Shown: piece by piece, positions 1-12,412 of the stretch
Numbering within the stretch: position 1 is the first letter of the stretch
Layout: each line of letters starts with the position of its first letter
Assembly: GCA_030295235.1 (NCBI GenBank)
Contig: AP026125.1
Coordinates: forward strand, 558,001-622,000
Direction: 5' to 3'
DNA from: Fistulifera solaris
Taxonomy: Eukaryota
Length of the DNA: 64,000 nucleotides
Program-made: the position numbers and the translations under genes
The notes under the pieces: model-generated
The model's input: the letters and a program-made list of their open reading frames with translations, nothing else
Databases searched by the model: none
What the model was told of the DNA's origin: nothing

Positions 1-3000
1 TCCGCTCGGAGGACACGCCGCCGCCGCCACTGATCGGAAATATTGTCGAGAAAAGGAGATCCGATCGAACGAAAAATCTACCATCCTCCTCGTCGACTCG
101 CAAACCGTCGCGGTTTGCCATGCAATCGAAAGGTGGTTTTCCTTCTTTGCAGGCACCGTTAGGAAGTTTAGTACAAAAGAACAACAAGTCGTCTAGCAGT
201 AATACGACAACGTGGACGAGCTCGCTTTCTAACACAGATGAAACGGCATCCGAAACAGACCGCATCATGTCACAAATGTCACCGGAGGAAATTCAGGAAT
301 CGATACAAGAACTCCATCAGGTGTTGTCACCCGAAACGATCCAGTTTTTAAAGACTCGGAGGAAACGAAAAGAAACGTGTTCTATACAACCAGTGGCGTC
401 ACCTAATGAAAACAATTTACAAGCGGAACCAACGATTCCGTCGAACGAGACTCAGAACGAAAAAGAACGCGTAGCAAACTTGCTGGCTTCGGTTCGGAAT
501 CACGATGACATGGATACGTTGTATCGACAAGAAATGGGCTCAGATTTAGTGATAGAACAAGGAAAGAGCGAGTTTCAGACCGCCTGTGAACTTCTTCGAT
601 CGTCTGTGCCCCGTCAAAATCTGTGGGCAGTCCGTCATTTGGAGAATGTGTTGCGGGAGGCCACAAGTGTTTACTGTCTTGGAACTGAAAATGCCAACAA
701 GTGGCCGTATCCGACGTTACTACCCGTATCGCTACGTTGTTTGCTGGATATGTCTCCGTCCACCGTGGTAGGTGCGCCAATACAGATTTATGCACTGGGA
801 GCGTTGTTCTATCTGACCAGTATCCGCGTACCGGTGGATTATGTTGTGTATGATGTGTCGACTGGAGATCTACGACCAACGGCAGCTCATCTCTATTCCG
901 AATATTTCTTAGACGATGCGGTGCCGGCGTCGACCTATACATATGCAACGACGAATAGTATGCAGCCTTTATCTGTTTCCGAATCGACAGTCGCGTATGC
1001 CACTTCTTCGTCCACGACGAGTGCACAAGACGATGGGGAAGCCTTTCTTCGAGATCCCCTCTGGACGTTGCTTTCGCGCATGAGAATCATTCCGTGGCTT
1101 GCCAATTATTTGAGATCCGATATTTCGCCCACCAATGTACGCACAGTAATAGGATTGTTGGTTTTGCTGGTGCAACGTTCTCCTGGAGCTGCCACTGCTG
1201 TCGTTCAGCATCCCACCTTATTGACGAATCTGATGACAAAAGACGCCGGTTCCACCATCATCCTTCAGAGTGTGGCAGCACGACAGTCAAGAGATACGGC
1301 TTGTCATCTGGCTATGTCGGACCAAATCATACAAGATCTAGTTTCCTTTACTGAGTCCGAGCCTTCGGCAAGCGATCCCAAGCGCTGTAAATGGACGATG
1401 GTACTGTGGCGAACATTGCTGCGATACGGCTTGGCATTGGACGCTCTGCCAACGGTTCTCAATTTGGCCGCACGGCATGTTACCTTGGGGTCCGGTTTGA
1501 GCTGTTATTTCTTTTCGGCCTTTTCAGTGCTCACGAATTGTATCGTTGCAGCAAACAAGTCACCGAGAAATAATGAACGAATTGTTTCAAACGATAATCG
1601 CGCATTACTTGCGAACGCAGCTGCATGGTTGTCAGCTAGTCGGCGCCAGGCTCTTCGTCACATAGAACGTGCGGAGGATAACTGGCTCAAAAACACTACC
1701 TTCAATGATTTAACATCTTTAGAGAAAGCTAAGTTCTACGCTTCCGTTTTCCGGTTTTTGGCGGCGTGGACAAGAATGTGCGAGAGTCTCGCTTCCGACC
1801 AGAGAGACGGAGAATTTAAGGCCGAAGATCTGACAGAATCGGAAGAAAAGTTGTGGATCAATGCCGTGTCAAAGTGCTTAGAGTACGACAGCTTACGAGA
1901 GCTGACGAGAAGATCTTTAACGGGAATGTTTGACGGCCAGCGTTATTCTTCGGGTTGTACGGTGCACGATCTTTCCATCGAATCAGCAGCGTGTTCGTTC
2001 ACGGAATCGCTCTTGGAACTTTTATCAACATTGACCAGGCACGACGACAACACGCCCGATACCGTTTCGTCAATGAGATCGATTCACGACCAAATTAGAG
2101 AAATCCGACGGCAAGAGTTTGGTGAAGTGAACTCCCAACGGTCATCAAGAAATTCTTCTATTCGGGATGGAAGGAGTCGGCAATACTGGTTGAATCGAGC
2201 GCACTCATCTTATCTCAAGTTTGTCTCGTCACGAGGCTGGGATTTAAGTGACGACGAAAGAGCAAGTGTTACAGTTTGCTTGCTTAATGTTATCGGGCGA
2301 CTGGACATTGGAGAAGAAAGCATTGCGGCTATTTTATTCAGCTGTGACAACCTGTTGCGTCCGACGTCTCAACATTCCAGTAGCCCTTCGGTCATCTCCA
2401 GCTGGTTTGTACGGTGCCTTTGTTCGACGCCACAAAGGCGAGCTCAGCTAGATCATAGCTTCAAACTCCGAGGAGGGTCTGGGATTTCGGCTGACAAAGT
2501 TGGTCCGTTCGAACTGCAAACCCTATTGAGTATTTCGACGTTTGCGGCATCTGCTACCGACAATCTACTTCCGCTCGGCAGTAACTGGCTTTGGAAAAGT
2601 TTGGCGGGTAGTGTTCTTGATAGTGATGCTGCTGGTGAGGCTCTCCTTGTGCTGATAAGCACACTCGGACTGTCCTGTGAGCTCGAAGCTCTCGACATAT
2701 TCCAAAAGAGTTCCTGGGGATCGGCTAAAAGTGCGGGGTGTAGGATGTATTATGTTATGAATTTATTTCTGAAAAGTGAAGACATTTTAGCCGATGAGAG
2801 AATTCAGACTTTGGCAATAAAGTTCATGGATCTCTTGTTCAAAAAGTGCACTGATGTGAACTTTATTGTTGGTTTTGCCGAAGAATGCGAATCGCACAAT
2901 TCAATTAACGACCAATCTGGCGATAAGTCGGAACTCGGCGAAGAATCAAATGAGTTTCAGCAGCTTTCGAAGTTGATAGACCCGCCTGTGGGACGCGAGG

Positions 3001-3619
3001 AGACCTTTACTAAGTCTCAGATCCGCTCTCTGCAATCCTTTGTAAATGACATATGCGACTCTTTTGTCGAGTATGGGGCGCAATTCGAATTCGGTAGGAT
3101 GTGCATGAGTTTCCTTTTCTCGGCGTATTTTCCGTCAAGAATCAAATGCGAGATAATTCAGCGACTGAGAGGCACCTTACACCTGATCACCGTAGAGAAC
3201 GAAAGAGACTTGGAGAGCTATCTTAAACGATGTCTTCTTGGTGGCGTACCGTGCAGGGATGGCTCGGATCGTGACACCGCTGATATTTTGGACGCTGCAG
3301 CTTCCATATTGTCGCAGAAAGATACTGCTTTGAATCAGTCTGAATTCGTGACGAGATGGGCCATTGCAATATTAGTGCGCGATGTGACAGGCTGCTTCCT
3401 AGCTGGTGAAAACGTGCTTTCTTGTCGTCGAAGAGTACTGGCTCTTCGCAAGGATTACGTTCACGCTATATTGGCAGTGTCGAAGCCTTGGTCAAAACCA
3501 ATGGCGAGGTGGATGATATTATTTCTTTTAGCACAACTTTGCAACTGGAGAACACTACCAACGGTTTCGATTCTGTGGAAGCTCATTGGGATCATATGCT
3601 AGAAGCACGGCTTAGTTAA
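1..3619 (+). CDS. RPAP1: RNA polymerase II-associated protein 1 (RPAP1/Rba50)-like; 5' end probably upstream of or near the window start; apparent frameshift at ~3480
   Basis: 1160-aa ORF with the RPAP1 N-terminal signature 'SQMSPEEIQESIQELHQVLSPETIQFLKTRR' and 'ELLRSSVPRQ' followed by ARM-like helical sequence. The C-terminus reads more naturally in the 3422..3619 frame (VEALVKTNGEVDD...). Confidence 0.7.
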
Positions 3620-4068
3620 AGTAACGAGAAGGCCGATGAAACTGTCATGTATTTTACTGTATTTTTTAAAGTTGTATAGAACATGTACCCGTGTATCCGT
3701 TTTTTATTTAAAAATCCTTTGCGAATGTTAGAGCCTTTCAGAGCTCGACGAGTGAGAGTCCCCCTTGTATCATCTTCTTGATAAAGCTTGGTATCGTCTT
3801 TGTGATCCTCTCGGACGCGCGGTTTGCAAGTGACCGAGCAAAACGTCTCCTCTCGTCCACAACAATCAAAATCAGTCTCGCATCTTCCCCCTATTTTCAC
3901 ACAAGTTTGAAGAAAAGGAACCGACGAAGGTGCATCCGAAGTGGTTACCTCCTCTTTGATGGAACTTGGCTGCTGAGATGCTGTCGACGGTGCGGCCGAA
4001 GGGAAACCGATGAGTTGTCCTTCCACAGCACTCGTCCCCAGAAGACCCACGAGAATACACAACAACAT
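3616..4068 (-). CDS. Small secreted protein with a six-cysteine knottin-like motif
   Basis: Hydrophobic signal peptide (MLLCILVGLLGTSAVEG), S/P/T-rich linker, then C-x6-C-x5-CC-x6-C-x3-C. Confidence 0.65.
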   Translation of the reverse strand: MLLCILVGLLGTSAVEGQLIGFPSAAPSTASQQPSSIKEEVTTSDAPSSVPFLQTCVKIGGRCETDFDCCGREETFCSVTCKPRVREDHKDDTKLYQEDDTRGTLTRRALKGSNIRKGFLNKKRIHGYMFYTTLKNTVKYMTVSSAFSLL

Positions 4069-4805
4069 TCTCGTGCGAAGCGAAATAAAGTAGCCACGAC
4101 TGCTTTTTTTGTGTCATTTTTAATGTGCTATTCGGTAGAATTTGAAGTAATTATGGCCGAAACATTTGAATGGAATGAAAAGTGTTGGAAATGTGCGCCA
4201 TTCGTATCCTTTTTCACTCCACTCCGATTTCGGCTGGCGCGCAATATCCCAAATGGTACTAGACATTAAGTAGTGAAACTGTATATGTCCGTTCATGCGT
4301 TAAGGAACGCTGGTATTACGAAAATCAATCGCTAATTGAAAACCAATAAAAATCAACGGATATAAAGTTGTTTTATATATATTTGGACATTAGCTTGATT
4401 TTGTCTACTCTACACGAAGAAGTAGAAAAGTCTTCGCCTTTGAATTGACCGAAACCTTGACCGAAACTCCCTCCACGCACGAACGAACGCCAAACCGAGA
4501 TCTTTTTATACTGGATCAGAGTGTAGACGAAAAAAGCGGAACGGTATTGGAGTATTGTCCATAGTGTCGTGGGAAATTGAAGCATCATCGACTGTTTGGA
4601 TAGGAACAAGATCGAGCACAATCGAACAACAGCCCGGGCCGTGTTTCCACCACGCATGTGGCGGCCATTGCGTTCGGAACCATTCGCATCGAAATTTTTT
4701 CCTGTGTTGGCTCGAACGAAATTTTTGAGACAGTCGCACAATTTTTGGCAACTGTTTCTTGTCCAGCGAACACATCCTTTCTCATGATACTTTTTAGATA
4801 ATACA

Positions 4806-5830
4806 ATGAAAAGAAGAATACGAAATGGTGATATTGTCACAATCGACTTGGACTTGAAGCCGGAAAACGGTTTTGTGCCAGAGCCTTTGTTTGACTCTTC
4901 GGGACGAATATCGTTGGTGGTGGGATGGGGCAACTATTTACCCGGTGTTCACGAGTTGTTGTTGGGTTGTCGCGTTGGCGACAACGTCCAAGATGTCTCC
5001 ATTGACGCTGGATACGGGGAGCGAAGCGACGATCTCATTTTGCGGTACCACGAGACCAAATCAACAAGTTAATGAAGAATTGGAAACCGGGTCAGCAACT
5101 TGTCTTGGGTGGTGCACCGGTCGAAGTGCTGTCGTATGATAAAGAGAGAGTCGTGATTGATGCGAACTCTTCACTGGCTGGCTCTAGTTATCTCTGTAGC
5201 TTCACTGTCGTTGCTGTGGACAAAGCGTTTGAGAAAAATTCATTTCAGGAAAGAGATGATGATGTTGTTATCATACCAGTTGGTAGGAAAACGAGTACCG
5301 ACGAAATTACTCTATCCAAGTCGTGTCCAGACCGTTATCAGGTCGCCACTTTTGCTTTGGGATGTTTTTGGGGAGCCGAGCTGGCGTTTATGCGGACACC
5401 CGGTGTTCTTTCGACGCGCGTTGGATATTCGACCGGCTGGCAAAAGAAACGTGAAACTGTCATGGTTGTATTTGACGCGGAGGTTGTTTCTTTTGAAAAT
5501 CTTGTCAAGATTGCTTTGAGCAGGTCTTGGGAAGCACAAGATGCGTTTACCAACGCTACGTTATCCCAGAATGCTGAGAAGGATGATTTTGGTTTGGTCG
5601 ATTTGTTCGGGCAAGACGAAAACAGTGAAGTGTACGCGAACGCAATTTACTACAGGAATGAGGGACAGCGAGTTGCAGCGCGCAAAGTGCTAGAAACGGC
5701 GCGATACAAGGTGGATTTGCTTCCCGCGCGTACCTTCCATGACGCGGCCGAGTCCGATCAGCAATATCTCTACAAGGGCGGCCAGAGCACTCGAAAGAAT
5801 GAACGAATCAAAATAAGATGTTATGGATGA
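4806..5830 (+). CDS. msrA: FKBP/SlyD-type PPIase fused to peptide methionine sulfoxide reductase A (one-base frameshift at ~5045)
   Basis: N-part 'LFDSS..ISLVVGWGNYLPGVHELLLG...DAGYG...VVIDANSSLAG' (SlyD-like) and C-part 'ATFALGCFWGAE...QQYLYKGGQS...IRCYG' (MsrA). Adding one G at cgg[g]ta gives a continuous ILRVPRDQINKLMKNW. Confidence 0.8.
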
Positions 5831-6151
5831 ACGAGCCGCACTGGAAGGTTTCTGTATCAATAGATGCATAAATTGTTTATAGAACTAACATAGAATGATA
5901 TTCATATCGAGCAAAAGGATTGACGTTAGCCCCAAAAACCATGAGTTGTCATGTCGGTACAATTTGAATGAATTTTAGTGTACAGGAGTACCACGTCCTG
6001 CGTGCGCACATTTTTTTCGACTTTTTTCCTCTTCGCGTTTTCCACCATTCACTTTCGGCACATCACACGGAAAGTATTTCAACGAACAACAACGACTTGT
6101 CTAAGATACCTGCTGTTGTTGCTTCTAAGTTTCAATTGACTATCGTAACTC

Positions 6152-8577
6152 ATGTCTCTTTTGGAACCACCTACTAAGCTCTTGAAGCTGCTTCATGACT
6201 CGTTGCCGAAAGACTCTTCTTTATCGGAAGGCGATGAGATTTTGGCCTACACCGCCTTTCTCGCGGCCGGATTGGTAGAACTCCAGGAATTTGAAGTTGC
6301 AACCTGGAAAGAAACCTTAACTCCGTACTTGGAACAAATCGGATACTCGGAAGACGTTGCGGAAGAGTATTGTTACAAAACGCAGAAAGAGTTCTCCGAC
6401 GAGGACGATGCCAGTTCGTACGGTGAGCCGGAGGAAGGCGTGGAAGAACTTTGTAACATTCGTTTCAATCTCGCTTACGGTGGTAAGATTCTGCTACATC
6501 AAACGAAGCTCCGTCTTTTGAGAGGACGCCGATATGCGGTAAGTCAAAATGCCAAGCAGGACGACACGGGCTTTTTGTCGTCTCACAACCTGGTTCTAAA
6601 ATTCAAGTTGGTGGGACAAAATGGAGTGGGAAAAACCACACTCATGAACGCCATCAACAACGGCAAGCTTGAGGGATGGCCGGATCATCTCGTCACGGCG
6701 TATGTGGACAGTGGTTCCAACGTCGATCCTGCCTACGAAAGCTTGCTGGTCTTACCACACCTCATGGAGTCTACCAAGTGCTCGAAGGAAGTCTGCATGG
6801 CGAAATTGAGAGAATTAGACTTTACGGATGCCATGATGGAAGGAAACATCGGGTCCCTCTCGGGAGGTTGGCAGATGAAATTGCGACTGGTCCGAGCTGT
6901 CCTCATTAACCCAGACATTTACCTCATGGATGAGCCGACAAATCACTTGTCCGAGTCCGCTGTCAAGTGGCTCACGGACTATTTGGTTTCCTTGGATCAC
7001 CAGACGGTGGTCACTGTGTCGCACGACACGACATTCTTGGAAGCGACATCTACCGATGTCATTCATTATGAGCAACGAGATGTTTGGGGTCCCTACCGTA
7101 GGCTCGTACATTACAAAGGGAAAATGAGTGAATTTGTCAAGAAACAACCTCAGGCAAAGCACTACTTTGAGCTTGCTTCGACGGATGCTCTGAAGTTAAA
7201 CTTCCCCGAGCCAGGTCGCCTTGAGGGTGTTCGTACATCCACTCAAAAATTTTTGGAGATGGAAAACGTTGACTTTCGTTATCCTGGCAAAGAAAAGAAC
7301 CAGTTGACGGGGATCACATTGAAGATGAGTCTTTCGACTCGAGTCGTTATCCTTGGTGCGAACGGAGCTGGTAAAACGGTAAGAGATCTTTTGCTGCCTC
7401 ATCGTTATTCGATGGAGCCCGAAAGACTAACACCTTTTTCTTAATAAAAGACTCTCGTCAAGATGATCGTGGGAGAAACCGTTCCATCGAACGTTGGAAT
7501 GTGCAAATATTACATCCACCCCAACTTGCGTGAGTGATCAACATGATTTTGTGTGTTGATTATATCAATGTGAACAACACTCTGATTTGACTTGAATTTC
7601 TCTCTTCAGGAATCGCCTATGTTGCTCAGCACGCCTTCTATCACGTTGAACAGCACATGGAAGAAAGCCCCGTTGCATACATCCAGTGGCGTTTTAAAGA
7701 TGGTTGGGACAAAGAAAAGATGGAGAGTGAAGCGTATAGAATCCCCGAGGACGAGCAAAAAGCGATTGATGATTTTGGAATCGAAGGCATTTGGAGTCGC
7801 CGTATGCGTGCCGGTCAATTGGAATACGAAGTGAAGAAGAGAAATGTCCGTGAGAAAGACAACAAGTACTATACGCGAGACGAGTTACTTGCTCTTGGTT
7901 TTGAGCATTTGATCAAACAGACAGATGAAAAGATTGCTTCGAAAGAAGCTGGTCTCGATCTTCGCCCTGTCACCACGTCCGAAATTCAAAAGCACCTCGA
8001 TGGATTCGGTCTTCCTCAGGAGTTCGGAACGTACGGGAAGGTTCGCGGGCTATCGGGTGGCCAAAAAGTTAAGCTTGTCTTGGCTGCTGCATTTTGGACC
8101 AATCCCCATCTTGTTGTTCTGGATGAACCTACAAACTTCTTGGACCGCGAGGCGTTGGGGGCTTTATCCGAAGGATTAAATGCTTGGGGTGGGGCTGTTC
8201 TGATGATTTCTCACAACAAAGAATTCTACAGCTCTGTCTGCAAAGAAGAATGGCACGTTGCTGACGGTCAGCTCTCCATTAGTGGAGTCTCAACAGAACG
8301 AGAGATGAAAGCGGTTGCCCGCAAGAAAAAATTCGAAAAGGAAGCCGGTAGTGATGAGATTCTTGACAAAGCGGGGGGAAACACGAACACCGATGGAGAT
8401 AAGTACAAAGACGCTACTGTTGACTTTTGGGGCAAGACAGTCAGTAAGAAAGATGCCCGTCTATACGAAAAGGCGAAGAAGAAGGGAGATGTAGCAACGA
8501 TGAGAAAGATTTTGCAAATTCCTCCCGGCAAGGTCATGCCCGGACAAGAGGAACTCGGCGACGGGAAGAGTGCCTAA
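6152..8577 (+). CDS. eEF3-like ABC-F translation factor with chromodomain insertion; introns ~6539-6607, 7379-7450, 7530-7609
   Basis: Two ABC cassettes (GQNGVGKT / LSGGW / MDEPTNHL; GANGAGKT / LSGGQK / LDEPTNFLD). The spliced '[33 protein letters not shown]' is typical of eEF3. GT..AG boundaries restore the frame. Confidence 0.85.
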
Positions 8578-8647
8578 TGGAAATTCAAACTCCAGCAAAA
8601 TCAAATAATTGGTTTAATCTTTACATAGTCTCTAATATGAAAACAGT

Positions 8648-10774
8648 TCATGATATTGACCCAGGGACATAGCTCCCGTTGAGACTCCCTGCAACAGGCG
8701 TTTCCATTTCTAATAAGGCGCTTCGATCCTGTGAGATCTCGTAGGTACCGACTTCGGAGGACAAAGACGTGTCTGTATGTAATAAGTGATTCGTCAAAGT
8801 TTCCCTTGTTGGTCGGTTTTGTGAACTTGGCCAATCGCGCCGTATTGTATAGTAAGTCATCGCGCCGAACGAAAACAATAAAACAACAATGGTTGCAGAA
8901 GTCATTGCTCTAAGTTCTCCCTTGAAATGCGAGCCAATTTTTGTGACTGAATTATACACAGGGATGTTCTGAACCAACGCATACGACACTGCTCCTCTCA
9001 CTCCCGCAGAAAAAAGAATCAACTGAGTTCTCTTGTCTAGGTAGACTTTTGTGCTTGAATTTGCAAAGTCGTAGAAAGTCCCCGAATCCCGAGAAGCGGT
9101 CACATACCGCCAACATCTTCCAATGTGTCCCTCTACGTCGAACCATACACACGCGTTTACGACCAAACTGAGACATATCACCATTCCAGCTCGACTTGTG
9201 ACACACGCTATAATACCCGACATCATTAAAATGAAATCGCCTTGTTCATTGAACAGAAAAAGGCCAAGATAGGCGAATATTGCAGTCTCCATGAGCGTCG
9301 CAACCACTTCGGAGAAAAAGTGAACATGCTTTCTGGATTTGGAGTGAATGTGACCGCGTCCCGAAAACGCTCTTGTCATAGCATCCTTAAATTGTTCCAT
9401 TGCCGGTTCTAAAGGCGGCGCCTCATCGGAGGAATGTCGAAGTTGCATGTATTCCATTCGTTCACCCTCCTCAGTTTGATGACCGCCAACAACAAAATAA
9501 TCCATCATAAACCCCATCACCATGATGGAAATAATACCTGATAAGCCAACTCCGTCCGCGATATAGTAGGGTACGAGAGCCCACATGAAGAAAAAGACCC
9601 ACTTCAGCCACTGCTGTCTGCTTTCCTTGAAGTAACCAGAAATACAAGGTAGCCATTGCACCAGACATTACGCCAACCAAAAACGAGCCCGACGTCACGA
9701 AAATAAAGTCTTTCAGCGTGTCATGGATTGTCGCCACATCCACCACGTCCGTGTCTCCCATGTGTCGAACCAAGCTGTCAAACAGAACAATCGAGACCCC
9801 GTCATTCAGCAACGATTCTCCGAAAATCAGGGTAAAAGAGTATCCGTCTGACTCACGCCCACGCTAACTAAAATACTAAGCGTGGCAACGGGGTCAATGG
9901 AGCTCATGAGTGCTCCGAACAAAAGTGAATCCAAAAGTGGCAATGAGGGACCCATCGACCACTTGGACAAGTAATAAGTAATAAACCCAATCGCCGCCGC
10001 ACTGAGACCCGTACCGAAAATGGCAAAGGACAAGATCGGGAAGAGATCACGCCGAAAGGCTCGCTTATCAATGCAGATAGATGCTTGAAAGATGATTGGA
10101 GGCAAGAGAATTTGCAAGAAAAGATCATTGTCAAAGGCAAATCGATCCCTCACAACGTGACCTAATGTCAAACGCATGAGTCCGCCCGTGACGGCTCCCA
10201 CTAGGATGCACACCCCCGCGTTGGGTATCCACGGCACCCCCATCATGAGAATGACACTGCGCATAAAGCCACAAACCACCAAGACACTGACGACTGCCAG
10301 CAAACGGACCGCATCCAAATGCGTTTCTTGACAATTTTTCTCGTAATATTCCGATATGCTTTGACAACATTCCCAATTGTGATAGTCGTCATCAATTCTG
10401 GAATGATTATCGTCGCGCAAAACGGGAAATGTCTGCGTTTCGTCCTTACAATCCGCCGTCTTGAAGGCATCCATGAAAGCTTCACATTCATCGTTGGTAT
10501 CGGTGGTACCGTTCAAAAATTTCCAAATAAATTTCCGACAAATTTCATCCCGGGTGACATCGTCAGTAATATCATTGTCGACTTGTAGTAGTTCGACAAA
10601 ACGATGACTCATGGAAACATGATAGCGTTGCACGGACATCGATGAACTCTGGTGCCAGTTTTTCACGGCGCGGAGCACAATGGCCGCGAAAGCGAGACTG
10701 ATTGCGGACCACATCCATGATCGCGCTTTGAAAGAATCATTGTGAATATTGATGCTCATGTTTGTGTAATCCAA
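8648..10774 (-). CDS. Na+(K+)/H+ exchanger, CPA1 (NHE/NHX) family; apparent frameshifts at ~9835 and ~9595
   Basis: Motifs 'FLQILLPPIIF', 'FGALMSSIDPVATL', 'IFGESLLNDGVSIV', 'GLSGIISI', 'ETAIFAYLGL', 'GVRGAVSYAL' are spread over three consecutive minus-strand ORFs. Confidence 0.9.
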
Positions 10775-11082
10775 GAAAGAAACTCAACGCACGACTCAAT
10801 GCGTGTGACCTTCGTTCGAAAGAATGGATTGCCGCAAGTGTTGTTCGCGCCGAATACTTGCAGTAGGATTGCTGGCGGTGTACTATAAAAATCTAAGCAC
10901 TCAAGCTTGCAAAGACAGAAGCTCTTTTCAAAATAAATGTGCTTTTGCTGATGCATTATGCTCTATTCTTTTTTTGGCTTGCCGCGTGCGGCAGTGTCCA
11001 GACTTTTTCCTTGAAACATGAGTAAACCTGGTAAAAGGACAAGTTTCAAAATATTATTTATACTCATGCTTGAAAACCCGCA

Positions 11083-12115
11083 GCACGGAAAATATTCGGT
11101 CCAGAATTTCTGGACTATCACACAGAATTTCTGTAGGATGAAATCGCGGTTTCCAGAATATCTGAAATTTACACAGAAACGCTGTTTGTTGAAAAATACC
11201 GTGTTTAGACTCTCTGGAAACAATACGGACTCATTGTATGATCCATGACGACAATATACAAAGTATTTGGATCGTGCACACAATTTCTGTGAGATGAAAA
11301 CACTTGGTCCAGAATTTCTGGACTATCACACAGAATTTCTGTATGATGAAATCGCGTTTTCCAGAATATCTGGAATTTAAACAGAAACGCTATTTGTTGA
11401 AAAATACCTTGTTGAGACTCTCTGGAAATAAGTTCGAATGCTTGTTTGATCCATAATGACGAGATACAAAGTATTCTGGATGTGCACACAATTTCTGTGA
11501 GATGAAAACACTTGGTCCAGAATTTCTGGACTATCACACAGAATTTCTGTAGGATGAAATCGCGTTTTCCAGAATATCTGGAATTTACACAGAAACGCTA
11601 TTTGTTGAAAAATACCTTGTTGAGACTCTCTGGAAATAAGTTCGAATGCTTGTTTGATCCATAATGACGAGATACAAAGTTTCTTGAACGTGCACACAAT
11701 TTCTGTGAGATGAAAACATTTGGTCCAGATTTTCTGGACCATCAAACAGAATTTCTGTAGGATGAGATCACGTTTTTCAGAATATCTGGAATTTACACAG
11801 AAACGCTGTTTGTTGAAAAATACCCTGTTGAGACTCTCTGGAAACAGCACAGAATGCGTGTTTGATCCATAATGACGAGATACAAAGTATTTCCTTGAAC
11901 CTGCACACAATTTCTGTGAGATGAAAACAACTTTCAAACAGAATTTCTGTAGGATGAGACCGTCTTTTCCAGAATATCTGGAATTTACACAGAAGCGCTG
12001 TTTGTTGAAAATCACCCTCTCCAGATTTTCTGAAAACAGCAAGGAACTCTTGTAACTTTATGGTGTACGGTGGGATCCATAAAACAACGAGGAATTTACA
12101 AAGTTTCTTGAACGT
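11083..12115 (-). repeat. Tandem array of a ~208-bp satellite unit (~4.5-5 copies), reverse complement of the array at 61.3-63.3 kb
   Basis: GGTCCAGA(A/T)TTTCTGGAC recurs at 11098, 11306, 11514 and 11722 (exact 208-bp period), with degenerate units out to ~12115. Confidence 0.95.
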
Positions 12116-12412
12116 GGCGGATGAAACGAAAACCGCGAAAAGAGATCCTGGAGATCGCGCCTTGACTATACAGTAACGCTTATAGTCTTGTACCGGATTA
12201 AATGTACTGTAACTCGTCTAAGGACGATGTTGACGTGGCTAGACGATGCAAATGAGTGAAAATCCGGGTTTGTGTCTTGTGTCGCCGTTCATTTTCCCCA
12301 CACAAAACGAAAAAATGCGCTCGAGCTGTAAGCACCATTCATTCTCTTTCAATCGCCTTTGACCCTCTTATATCTCGACTTGGTCACAAGAAATACATCG
12401 CCACAACTATTC

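Noticed and set aside
4094..4117. CCACGACTGC partial match to the dispersed palindromic motif
   Set aside because: Only 10 bp match, the right arm and AAGTGTA box are absent, and it could be chance.
4373..4933. 186-aa minus-strand ORF
   Set aside because: Overlaps the FKBP-MsrA start antisense and spans promoter-like DNA, with no recognisable motif.
5040..5075. Programmed ribosomal frameshift between FKBP and MsrA parts
   Set aside because: No slippery heptamer is seen, and the same one-base breaks occur in many unrelated genes.
10963..12042. ORFs within satellite array 1 (and 61273-63008 in array 2)
   Set aside because: They are translations of the DNA repeat in several frames. The 208-bp unit is not a multiple of 3, so no frame is maintained.
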